Shown here in pieces: positions 47,374 through 54,974 of a DNA stretch of 55,546 bases; the first letter of the stretch is position 1; each line of letters starts with the position of its first letter. This DNA comes from a virus (lineage: Duplodnaviria; Caudoviricetes). The notes under the pieces are model-generated. The model ran no database searches, was not told the DNA's origin, and saw only the letters and a list, made by a program, of their open reading frames with translations. The DNA lies in IMG/VR virus record IMGVR_UViG_3300005662_000001, positions 1-55,546 of that record; one strand, given 5' to 3'. Both the position numbers and the translations under genes were made by a program.

Positions 47374-48395
47374 AATGGGAACCTCTTTGCAATTTCGTAG
47401 ATGACTGGGATGGTGACGGTGCGACCGCAACGCTCGTAACGCTCTGCATCACTGACCAGCGAACCGTCTTCATAAAATTTAGTGAAGTTGTCGGGCAATC
47501 CTTGCAGGCGCTCACACTCCAATGGCGTTAGGCGGCGCAGGCGCTCACCAACGATGACTCCATGTCTGTCTTGAGCAGTCAACGTGAACGCTGGCTCGTT
47601 GTGGTCTTTGACGCGACGCCCGTTCTGGCGCTTGCTATCGCGGTGAGGCGTCAACACTGGGCGAACCTGCATCACAGCGCCGCGCCCTTGATTGTTTTGA
47701 ATGCCCTTCCAGTAGTGACCGTCAAGCGTTGGAAAAACGTCCTTGAACTGCATCACTTTGCCTGTTACGAAAGGCATGAGAACAGGTCGTTCTGATTCGG
47801 GTTCCCCTCCTCGAATTTCTCCTTGCGTTCCTTTTTCTTTTTCGAGAACATCTTCTGAAACGCAGAGTCCGAGAGGAAATACTTGGGGTCTGGGTTGTCC
47901 TCTAAGATGTCCGACAATGAATACCCGTTCACGGTTTTGCGGGACTCCGAAATTTTGGCTGTTAACAACTTCCCATTGAACGTCGTACCCCAGTTCATCA
48001 AGACTTGAGATGATGACAGCAAAGGTTCTTCCCCCATCGTGGTTGAGGAGTCCCTTGACGTTTTCAAGGAAAATATAAGGTATTCGTTTGTCTCTGAGAA
48101 CGCGACAGATTTCAAAAAAGAGAGTACCGCGAGTATCTTCTGTCGAGAATCCAGAGCGCTTTCCAGCAACGCTGAAAGTCGCGCACGGGAATCCGCCACA
48201 TAGAAGTTCTGCGGCTGGGATGTCGTCGGGTCGAACAGTTCTAATGTCTCTTGGGTCTGGCTGATGTCCGAAGTTCCGCTCATAAATTCTCCTTGGCTTT
48301 TCTAATATTTCGTTTGCCCACACGCACTGGTGTCCCGCCTGCTCAAGCCCCAGACGGAACCCACCAATGCCTGCAAACAACTCAATGAATCTCAT
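47370..48395 (-). CDS. C5 DNA cytosine methyltransferase with variant cofactor pocket
   Basis: Motif I ELFAGIGG, IV GGFPC, VI ENVKG, VIII QNRER, IX RLTPLECERLQG, X CGRTV. Confidence 0.93.
   Translation of the reverse strand: MRFIELFAGIGGFRLGLEQAGHQCVWANEILEKPRRIYERNFGHQPDPRDIRTVRPDDIPAAELLCGGFPCATFSVAGKRSGFSTEDTRGTLFFEICRVLRDKRIPYIFLENVKGLLNHDGGRTFAVIISSLDELGYDVQWEVVNSQNFGVPQNRERVFIVGHLRGQPRPQVFPLGLCVSEDVLEKEKGTQGEIRGGEPESERPVLMPFVTGKVMQFKDVFPTLDGHYWKGIQNNQGRGAVMQVRPVLTPHRDSKRQNGRRVKDHNEPAFTLTAQDRHGVIVGERLRRLTPLECERLQGLPDNFTKFYEDGSLVSDAERYERCGRTVTIPVIYEIAKRFPL
47765..48283 (-). CDS. Nested alternative-frame gene inside the methyltransferase (beta-polypeptide-like)
   Basis: 172 aa, ATG preceded by AAGGAG at 5 nt; contains SLSDILEDNPDPKYFLS. 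Confidence 0.65.
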   Translation of the reverse strand: MSGTSDISQTQETLELFDPTTSQPQNFYVADSRARLSALLESALDSRQKILAVLSFLKSVAFSETNEYLIFSLKTSRDSSTTMGEEPLLSSSQVLMNWGTTFNGKLLTAKISESRKTVNGYSLSDILEDNPDPKYFLSDSAFQKMFSKKKKERKEKFEEGNPNQNDLFSCLS

Positions 48396-48706
48396 TGAGG
48401 CTTACCTTCCATCTTGAGGTGCGCCAGCAACTCAACCAATGCAAACCTGTCGTCTGGGTATTGCTTGATGTAATTCTCAATCTCATGGAGAACGTAGTCA
48501 AAGCCGCTGTTGAATCCCTTGATGTATTCGCTCATAACCGCCTCCGCTTGTGGTCGCTTGCAATCTTTGTGTTGGTCGATGAAATAATCCATTGCGTCAA
48601 TAATGACGTTGATAGGTGCAGGCATAAAAGGCGGAGCCTCTTCTGCGCCGCAGAACTCGCATTTGAACTTGCCGTTCAGGCTGTTAGTGATGACGTGGTC
48701 GCTCAT
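48392..48706 (-). CDS. Hypothetical protein with putative zinc site
   Basis: CEFC...H..C; ATGA overlaps at both ends. Confidence 0.7.
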   Translation of the reverse strand: MSDHVITNSLNGKFKCEFCGAEEAPPFMPAPINVIIDAMDYFIDQHKDCKRPQAEAVMSEYIKGFNSGFDYVLHEIENYIKQYPDDRFALVELLAHLKMEGKPQ

Positions 48707-48888
48707 GCTGTCTCCCTTGCCTCTTTGCGACCGCGCTCAACAAAGTAGCGTGCGTCTGATTGCTCGTCGATGTGTTCTTCTTGAAGCATCTTGCGGATGC
48801 CTTCCGCTACAGCACGCGCCTTGTCGGCGTTGGTTGCCTTCTCGTACCTGTAGCCTGCATTGATGTAATCTGCTTGTGCGTGTTTCAT
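48703..48888 (-). CDS. Hypothetical protein
   Basis: 61 aa, AAGGAG RBS. Confidence 0.7.
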   Translation of the reverse strand: MKHAQADYINAGYRYEKATNADKARAVAEGIRKMLQEEHIDEQSDARYFVERGRKEARETA

Positions 48889-48897
48889 GTTGGCTCC

Positions 48898-49275
48898 TTA
48901 CCAGTTCGCATATTTCTTGAAAGCCTTGGTGTACTCAGCGCGGCTTTTGAACGCTCCATGCTTGATGCAGTGGTGCAGGAAAGCCTTGTCCATAAAAAAG
49001 CCCTGAGCCTTCTCGTCTCCTGACTTGCCCAAGTCTTTGTAGGTCTCGCCGTCGTAGTAGTCACGCAAGACAAACTTGACCTTGTCCCATAGATAGCCAC
49101 CGTCCTCGTTCTCGACCAGTGACTCACCGCCGACGCGCCCGTAGCCGTCATAGGAACCCTCGAACTTGCGACCGTCGGGCAATAGAGCCACGACGTTGTT
49201 GAGGTGCGGAATGCCAAGAGAGTCAACCACCACAGGCAGGTGAGTCTTGGCGCAACATTTTGAAAAGTATCCCAT
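48898..49275 (-). CDS. Hypothetical protein
   Basis: 125 aa MGYFSKCC...YDGYGR. Confidence 0.7.
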   Translation of the reverse strand: MGYFSKCCAKTHLPVVVDSLGIPHLNNVVALLPDGRKFEGSYDGYGRVGGESLVENEDGGYLWDKVKFVLRDYYDGETYKDLGKSGDEKAQGFFMDKAFLHHCIKHGAFKSRAEYTKAFKKYANW

Positions 49276-49290
49276 CGCTTTTCCTTCGCT

Positions 49291-49422
49291 TTAGTTTTTT
49301 ACGTTGAATTCTTGAATGTAAAAATTGCGCAGTTCGTTTTCTTCTGCGCATTTCAATGCCGCTTCGCGTGTGGCGAACACAGCAACCACATCAACCTCTT
49401 CTTTTAAAACATAGACTTTCAT
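49291..49422 (-). CDS. Small hypothetical protein (43 aa)
   Basis: MKVYVL...VAVFATREAA; 3' part of the 134-aa track ORF. Confidence 0.6.
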   Translation of the reverse strand: MKVYVLKEEVDVVAVFATREAALKCAEENELRNFYIQEFNVKN

Positions 49423-49446
49423 AATCGATTCGCTTTCGTTTTGGTT

Positions 49447-49462
49447 AGCCCCCGAAGGGGCT
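49447..49462 (-). other. Intergenic UUCG-tetraloop hairpin
   Basis: AGCCCC-TTCG-GGGGCT with no U-tract. Confidence 0.55.
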
Positions 49463-49468
49463 GGTTGA

Positions 49469-49753
49469 TTAACGTGATGTGACCTTGACGCTAAACACAG
49501 CGGATGTTTTGGTGAACTTGGCGTATGCGTCTGCGCCATGTTCTTTGATGAATGCGTCCTTGTCGAACACAGAGCGGTTGCTCTCAATGTAGGTAGCCTT
49601 GAAGATTGCACCCTCGACAACCTTTGCACCGCCTGCGCTGGCTGATTCTTTGATGCTGTCTTTGATTGCATCGGCTTGCTTAGTGAGGTCAGCAATCTGA
49701 GCCAACAGTGTGCCGAGTGTGTCTACTGATGTGAAGTTGATGTCGTTGTTCAT
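49469..49753 (-). CDS. Hypothetical protein
   Basis: 94 aa with N-terminal coiled coil; first gene after promoter cassette 3. Confidence 0.7.
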   Translation of the reverse strand: MNNDINFTSVDTLGTLLAQIADLTKQADAIKDSIKESASAGGAKVVEGAIFKATYIESNRSVFDKDAFIKEHGADAYAKFTKTSAVFSVKVTSR

Positions 49754-49806
49754 AGTTCGCTTTCGTCTGTTACCTGCCTTGCAACAATTGCTTGGTCAGT
49801 GATGGT

Positions 49807-49870
49807 AGTTTAATGCCAAATTAAACGTGGTCAACAACTTTTTTAAAAATATTTCTAAGGAAAACCCTAA
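49807..49870 (-). promoter_or_regulatory. Repeated early promoter cassette 3
   Basis: TAGGGTTTTCCTTA, AAATATTTT, GTTGTTGACC-16 nt-TAAACT. Confidence 0.7.
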
Positions 49871-49877
49871 TATGTTG

Positions 49878-50615
49878 CTATCCCGCAACAATGTCTTGTT
49901 CCGCCATTTGGCAGAAGATTGAGCATTCAATGTCAGGCTCCTGCGGATAGTTCCCGTCTGTAGGCTTGAGTTCATCAAGGTAGCGGTCTTTGAAAATGGT
50001 CTGCTTCTTGAACCGCTCCAGCTTTGCCATACGGTCAAACTGCTCAGGGAAGTCAACCCGAATCTTGTTCCAGTACCCCATCCCGCCCTTGACGCAACCA
50101 ATGCAGTTGTTGTTGAGGTAGCCCAGCTTGTACATCTGCGGCAACTCAATGCCCGCGTTCTGGAGCATCGCTAGGCAGTCAACCTTGTTCAGCCCCTTTT
50201 CAATCAATGGAACCCACACGTCGACCTCGTTGTTGGCATCAATAAATCGGTCATAACGCTGTTGCTCTTCAGCGGTGTAGCCAAACACTTGACGGTCGCC
50301 GACCTGCTCATAGCGCTCACGCACTTGCTTTTTCAGCACGCGAGTGCATGGAGCCGCGCCCCTGATGTTCATTGCGCTGGTCTTGAACGTCTCGTAAATG
50401 GAACGCTTGTAGTAGTCGTTTCCAAGAATGACAATGTCCTGCCCAAACCACTTCTCGCATTCCGCTAGGAATCGCTTGTTGTCTGAATGCTCCTCCATGA
50501 CTTCGGTGTAGGCAATCACCAATGGCAACTTGCCTGCGTTCTCCGCGATAGCCAGCTTGGTAGCCACGGCACTTGCCGCCCCGCAACTAAACCAGCAAAC
50601 AATTCGTTTTGTCAT
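49878..50615 (-). CDS. PP-loop (PAPS-reductase-like/adenine nucleotide alpha-hydrolase) protein
   Basis: WFSCGAAS PP-loop, APCTR.LK, NNNCIGCVKG, ECSIFC. Confidence 0.8.
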   Translation of the reverse strand: MTKRIVCWFSCGAASAVATKLAIAENAGKLPLVIAYTEVMEEHSDNKRFLAECEKWFGQDIVILGNDYYKRSIYETFKTSAMNIRGAAPCTRVLKKQVRERYEQVGDRQVFGYTAEEQQRYDRFIDANNEVDVWVPLIEKGLNKVDCLAMLQNAGIELPQMYKLGYLNNNCIGCVKGGMGYWNKIRVDFPEQFDRMAKLERFKKQTIFKDRYLDELKPTDGNYPQEPDIECSIFCQMAEQDIVAG

Positions 50616-50902
50616 TCTTCAATTCCCAGTAAAGTTAATGTTTCTTTGAGCAGTTCAGCCTCGTCATACCCGTAGTGCTTCTCGAACCCCTTGGTTCCCA
50701 TCCCGTGCAAGCCCTTAGAGCCTCTGTGATGCTCTGGGCATAGCGGTATGACACTGAAGTGGCTAGAACGCCCCCAGCCCCCCGCTAAACGCCTTGGATG
50801 GTGCAGTTCAGCGGGCGTTCCCTCATACCCCATTCGCCTGCACACAGCGCAACCCAACTCAGCCACCGCGCTCATGTGCTTTTTTTCTTTGAGGGTGGTC
50901 AT
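50612..50902 (-). CDS. Ref-like HNH nuclease
   Basis: GCAVC...ELHH...IPLCPEHH..G.H. Confidence 0.8.
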   Translation of the reverse strand: MTTLKEKKHMSAVAELGCAVCRRMGYEGTPAELHHPRRLAGGWGRSSHFSVIPLCPEHHRGSKGLHGMGTKGFEKHYGYDEAELLKETLTLLGIEE

Positions 50903-51099
50903 TGGCGTGTAGGGATTTGGGCTTGCATGAACTTGATGAACTCTTCATCGGACTCGTCAACGGGTTGCGCATTCTCAAACAGGGTTCCGCTCTCAGCCAT
51001 CTGGTGGATGTCAGCCAGCATCTCTGCTAGTTCCTCTGGCGTTCCATCAAAGTTGTCGAAGCAACCTTCGGCAAAAACAATTTTCAGCTTCTCAGTCAT
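50899..51099 (-). CDS. Acidic hypothetical protein
   Basis: 66 aa FAEGCFDNFDGTPEEL. Confidence 0.7.
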   Translation of the reverse strand: MTEKLKIVFAEGCFDNFDGTPEELAEMLADIHQMAESGTLFENAQPVDESDEEFIKFMQAQIPTRQ

Positions 51100-51242
51100 T
51101 GTTTACCTTTCGTAAAACCTGCGCGGCTTTTTAAATCGTGGCACGTCTGGCATCTCCACTGCGGAGCGCCTCTACTGTTTTTACCTTTTACATCGGCTGG
51201 TCGCAAGCGACACACCTGACACGTTGGCTTCTTGTCAGTCAT
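51096..51242 (-). CDS. Small zinc-finger protein (48 aa, not in ORF track)
   Basis: CQVC...CQTC; AAGGA RBS; ATGA overlap. Confidence 0.65.
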   Translation of the reverse strand: MTDKKPTCQVCRLRPADVKGKNSRGAPQWRCQTCHDLKSRAGFTKGKQ

Positions 51243-51600
51243 TCAATTCCTTTTTAAGTCGCTCATTGCGTGAGCCTGCTTCAAATCCTGCAAGGTATGC
51301 GCGACGCTCTACCCAGTATTGCTCTGGGCGGTGGCTGTGTTCCCACTCGTCAAAAGACTCGACGTTGGTCTTCAACGAAACAATCTGACGCTTGCGCCAG
51401 CCACTTGCCTGCTCACGCTCTATGCGCTCAAACTCTTCGTCTTCTGGTGTAGCCGTCACAATCATCCTCCACATTGAATAAACCATAAAGAATAAACCAG
51501 TGCCAAACAAAACGTGATTGTGGATTACCCAACCATCAGCGAGGCAGACCACCCACGACAAGCCGTGGATGACGCCCCATTGAAAAGAATTAAAACGCAT
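51235..51600 (-). CDS. Membrane protein
   Basis: Two hydrophobic N-terminal segments then a charged domain. Confidence 0.65.
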   Translation of the reverse strand: MRFNSFQWGVIHGLSWVVCLADGWVIHNHVLFGTGLFFMVYSMWRMIVTATPEDEEFERIEREQASGWRKRQIVSLKTNVESFDEWEHSHRPEQYWVERRAYLAGFEAGSRNERLKKELND

Positions 51601-51850
51601 ATCTGTTGGAACAAATAACGTCGATGACCGTCTCAGCGCTGTAGCCGTTGACGTAGCGTTTACCGTATATCACACGGGCGCGTAAGCCAGCCTCTTGGCA
51701 GTCCTTGATAGCGTCAATCTGCTCACCACGACTCAACGGTTGGATGTTTCTGTCCATGATGAGGTTCTGCACAGTGACGTGCGGTTCCTTGTTGGATGAA
51801 CACCCAGCCAATGCGCTTATTGCGCACACTGCAATAAAAATCTTTTTCAT
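51590..51850 (-). CDS. Lipoprotein
   Basis: MKKIFIAVCAISALAGC signal peptide II with LAGC lipobox. Confidence 0.8.
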   Translation of the reverse strand: MKKIFIAVCAISALAGCSSNKEPHVTVQNLIMDRNIQPLSRGEQIDAIKDCQEAGLRARVIYGKRYVNGYSAETVIDVICSNRYAF

Positions 51851-52179
51851 AGCGTTGCCTTTCCTTCTGCTCTGTTATTTGCTTGTTCTGTTCGCCATAT
51901 TTCCACGCGCAATGTCGCCGCCGTGATGTCCCATTTGTACCGCTCCTCAATCAGCACAGCTTCTTTCAATCCTTCAAGTAACTGCACATACTCAGGGTGC
52001 GCGTATGCCTCGCGCTCTTGCGCACCAATCGCAGTCTCCATGCTTCGCTTCATCAAAATTGATTTCAATGATTTGCGATATTCTTCAATGTATGTGCGCT
52101 CTGCCTTAGCCTTGGCAAAGAGCGCGGCGTGCTTGAGGATGTAATCCACTGCCTTATGCGGGTCTCTCTCTTCACTCAT
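51847..52179 (-). CDS. Helical hypothetical protein
   Basis: 110 aa AKAKAER..., AQEREAYA, WRTEQAN.R. Confidence 0.75.
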   Translation of the reverse strand: MSEERDPHKAVDYILKHAALFAKAKAERTYIEEYRKSLKSILMKRSMETAIGAQEREAYAHPEYVQLLEGLKEAVLIEERYKWDITAATLRVEIWRTEQANNRAEGKATL

Positions 52180-52306
52180 AAAACACCTTTCTTTTTGCGC
52201 GATTGCGCTTGATTACCATTGCAACAAAAATTACCAGACAAATCCAGAACATGAATCCTGACATTGCCATGAACGTCCAAAAAAAATCTCCGAATGAATC
52301 AAACAT
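52172..52306 (-). CDS. Small membrane protein (44 aa, not in ORF track)
   Basis: MFDSFGDFFWTFMAMSGFMFWICLVIFVAMVIKRNR; GGAGG RBS. Confidence 0.65.
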   Translation of the reverse strand: MFDSFGDFFWTFMAMSGFMFWICLVIFVAMVIKRNRAKRKVFYE

Positions 52307-52426
52307 TTAATCCCTCCCTTTTTGCTCACAGAGCCAGTAGTACCACGTCAATAAAATAACTGCTCCCCACGCAACAATTCCAGACAACAAAAAAAATAAA
52401 CCAATCACATTTAAAAATGTATCCAT
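52307..52426 (-). CDS. Small membrane protein (39 aa, not in ORF track)
   Basis: MDTFLNVIGLFFLLSGIVAWGAVILLTW; GGAG RBS. Confidence 0.6.
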   Translation of the reverse strand: MDTFLNVIGLFFLLSGIVAWGAVILLTWYYWLCEQKGRD

Positions 52427-52599
52427 CAGTCTCCCCTTTTATTTACGAAGTCCTCGCGCACGTCGAGCATTGCTTGCGCTTGCTCATACGCTTCGTAGGC
52501 AACATCAATCTTTGACTTTGCCACCTTGCTTGGCTTCTGCATCAAAGCCATCAACGCAAACATTGCGTAGATGTCAATCAACTCTGGTTCTGTTTTCAT
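52426..52599 (-). CDS. Small hypothetical protein (57 aa, not in ORF track)
   Basis: D.YAMFALMAL...AY..A.AML pattern; overlaps both neighbours. Confidence 0.65.
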   Translation of the reverse strand: MKTEPELIDIYAMFALMALMQKPSKVAKSKIDVAYEAYEQAQAMLDVREDFVNKRGD

Positions 52600-52712
52600 T
52601 TTTTATCTTTCTCTGCAAGGTATTGCATGACGTGTCCGTGCAATACATCAATCAGTGGTGGCTCCCCTGTGAATAAAAAGTACACCACAACCAATGACAA
52701 AATCCAATTCAT
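52596..52712 (-). CDS. Small membrane protein (38 aa, not in ORF track)
   Basis: MNWILSLVVVYFLFTGEPPLID; ATGA overlaps at both ends. Confidence 0.6.
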   Translation of the reverse strand: MNWILSLVVVYFLFTGEPPLIDVLHGHVMQYLAEKDKK

Positions 52713-53056
52713 AAAATTCCCTCTATGGTTATCTTGACCATACCGCCAACCTCGTCTGCCCAGTACACACGCAGGTCTTCAATCAAAGCGTCATCTTGCA
52801 TAACGCCAGCGTGAGTCATGGAGTCAAGCAAAGCCTTCAGCAAGTTATCCAAATCACGGCGACGACGGTCAGGGCGAAACGCTTGAATCTCCACCTTCAC
52901 CGCGTAGTCGATGTGCTTGGCGGCGCGTTGTATCAGCACTTGGTCAGCAACCGCCTTGCGGTACTCGCGCCCCTTTGCGCTGATGATGGTGCGACCGTTG
53001 AAGTTGCGCCAGTAGGTGTTGACCGTGGGAGGCCAAGGCAATGTAATTTCAATCAT
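52709..53056 (-). CDS. rusA: RusA-family Holliday junction resolvase
   Basis: LPWPPTVNTYWR, PDRRRRDLDNLLKALLD, DD..I. Confidence 0.92.
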   Translation of the reverse strand: MIEITLPWPPTVNTYWRNFNGRTIISAKGREYRKAVADQVLIQRAAKHIDYAVKVEIQAFRPDRRRRDLDNLLKALLDSMTHAGVMQDDALIEDLRVYWADEVGGMVKITIEGIL

Positions 53057-53316
53057 TGGCGTTGCGCTGGCACGCGGTTAAGAATGTCGTTTGCCAACGG
53101 CGAGTTGAAGTTCTCGTCGTCCTCTTTCCCCGCCAGCTTTGCCTCATAAGCAAAAGCCATCTCTGCGCAGGCTTGACGCTCCATAAACATAGCCTGCTTA
53201 GTTGTCTCAATTGCCACTGCCAAAATTTCAGCCTTCGCTTCACTCAACGTTCTGTTGAATTCGTCTTGCGTAAAAAACGCTTGACCCTGCGACAGTAAGT
53301 TTTTTTCAAAGTTCAT
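53053..53316 (-). CDS. Hypothetical protein
   Basis: ERQACA motif; ATGA overlaps at both ends. Confidence 0.7.
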   Translation of the reverse strand: MNFEKNLLSQGQAFFTQDEFNRTLSEAKAEILAVAIETTKQAMFMERQACAEMAFAYEAKLAGKEDDENFNSPLANDILNRVPAQRQ

Positions 53317-53555
53317 TTCCATTCTCCTTCGTTACCTCGGTTACCTTTAGACCATTGCTCTCTAACATCCGCCTCAAGGCGGGACTTGGGGTGAAGTTCG
53401 TTCCACCCTTTGTGACGCTTCCCACGCTCGTCAACGTAACCATTGAACCAGCGGTACGCGCTATCGCGATTTTTAAGGCGCATCTTGATGACCTCCCGAA
53501 CGAGACAACGGTGACGATGCTCATCTTCTCCTTCGCCCTCCTTGCCATAATTCAA
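53313..53555 (-). CDS. Hypothetical protein
   Basis: EHRHRCLVR...QWSKGNRG..GEW; follows the helicase. Confidence 0.7.
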   Translation of the reverse strand: MNYGKEGEGEDEHRHRCLVREVIKMRLKNRDSAYRWFNGYVDERGKRHKGWNELHPKSRLEADVREQWSKGNRGNEGEWK

Positions 53556-54553
53556 AACCCTCCTCCGTTGTCAAATGACATCGGCATTGAATCGTGATGC
53601 TCAACAAACTGCTGACTGTCTTTGTGATACCAAAGCGAGTACCAGTCCTCAGCTTCACCGTTGCGTTGCTTCTCGCACATTAGATAGGCGTCTGGAATCA
53701 TTACATCAACCACGCCGTTTTGTGCATCATGTTCTTTTTTCTTATTGCGCCACACCATTAGGACGTTGTCCACTTGGTCGCTGATTGAGCCTGAACCTTT
53801 GATGTCATTCTTGTTTGGCTTCACCTCTTCGCTTTGCAACTTGCGTATGTGGTGAATGAGGTGAACATGGACATTGTGGTCACGCGCCAGAGATGTCAAC
53901 TCATCCACAAAAGACTTCTGAGCGTTGTAGTCGTCCTCGCCAGACACGCACTTCATCAACGAGTCAATGAAAATGTGTTGCACGCCCAACTCAACTGCGC
54001 TGTAGCGAGACACCGCAATTACCTGCTGTGCGGTCACAGTACCCTGCTGGTCATACAGCCAAAGGTAGTCGCAGGCGTAACCCCTCATGCGGTCAAACAG
54101 GTTTGTGAGGTAGCGGTTCTTGTCGAAATAGCGTGGCGCATCAATGTTCTCGCCTGCAAACTGGCGAAGCATACGAAATAACGTCCGCTTAGGTTTCATC
54201 TCAAACGAAGCAATCATCACCTTTTGCTTTTGCTTGATAAGCCCCAAGGCAATCATGCCCGTAACCATGCTCTTGCCTCCACCGTTGCCACCAGCGTAAA
54301 GCGTCACCTCACCAGCGCGGTACTGAAAGCCTTGGTGAGTCTTAGACCACGGCATAGTCTGGTAGTTGTCCACCACTGGGTTTGCAAGTTCGTCTTGAAG
54401 TTCATCCAAAAACTCGTTTGCTTGCTTGACCTTCTGCGCAACGTCATTGGCTTTAAGGTATTTTTCAAAGTCCACCTCGTCTGGTTTGACGATACGGATT
54501 TTCCGAGCCGCGTCTAATTCCTGCGCTCTTTTTTGTATGTCAGACATTTGCAT
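53552..54553 (-). CDS. SF4 (DnaB/T7 gp4-like) DNA helicase
   Basis: Walker A GGNGGGKS, SFEM, HIFIDSL, HLIHH.RK, IKGSGSI, KQRNG. Confidence 0.9.
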   Translation of the reverse strand: MQMSDIQKRAQELDAARKIRIVKPDEVDFEKYLKANDVAQKVKQANEFLDELQDELANPVVDNYQTMPWSKTHQGFQYRAGEVTLYAGGNGGGKSMVTGMIALGLIKQKQKVMIASFEMKPKRTLFRMLRQFAGENIDAPRYFDKNRYLTNLFDRMRGYACDYLWLYDQQGTVTAQQVIAVSRYSAVELGVQHIFIDSLMKCVSGEDDYNAQKSFVDELTSLARDHNVHVHLIHHIRKLQSEEVKPNKNDIKGSGSISDQVDNVLMVWRNKKKEHDAQNGVVDVMIPDAYLMCEKQRNGEAEDWYSLWYHKDSQQFVEHHDSMPMSFDNGGGF

Positions 54554-54974
54554 ATTTCATTGCCTCTTCAATTCGCTGTTGTGATAATTTCATTCGCTCT
54601 CTGTCGCCTTCGCTCAACTTCTTACCTTGGCTCATGTCGTAAGCGCAGATGGATACCACCAAAGCCTCAAACGAAATGATGCGCATCAAGTCGCTGGCGT
54701 AGAACGCAGGCTTCATGCTCTTCTTGCCTTCGACTGGGTACTCGCGGCGCTTGTCGTCAGGCGGGAACAAGTCGGTCATGTCCATGCCCAGCGCCTGCAC
54801 TACGTTCAAGGTCTCGCAACCCGCAAAGCAGTGAAGCAACACGCGACCGTCTTCCGTCTCACGGATTGCCAGTGATGGGCCTTTGTCATTGTGGGCAGGA
54901 CAGCACGCAGTCCAAGAGCCATTGCGACCCTTGACCTTAGTCAGCATACCCAGCATACGCTCGACAGGCGTCAT
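54540..54974 (-). CDS. Primase zinc-binding-domain protein (no TOPRIM)
   Basis: ACCPAHND..PSL...LLHCFAGC; start ATG 54974 overlaps the upstream stop. Confidence 0.8.
   Translation of the reverse strand: MTPVERMLGMLTKVKGRNGSWTACCPAHNDKGPSLAIRETEDGRVLLHCFAGCETLNVVQALGMDMTDLFPPDDKRREYPVEGKKSMKPAFYASDLMRIISFEALVVSICAYDMSQGKKLSEGDRERMKLSQQRIEEAMKYANV

Noticed and set aside
47765-48395. Frameshift or assembly error splitting the methyltransferase
   Set aside because: The main frame is open and holds motifs I to X; the second frame has its own SD and ATG
45600-49870. CRISPR array or tRNA in the intergenic repeats
   Set aside because: Repeats are dispersed and promoter-like with no regular spacers; no cloverleaf seen
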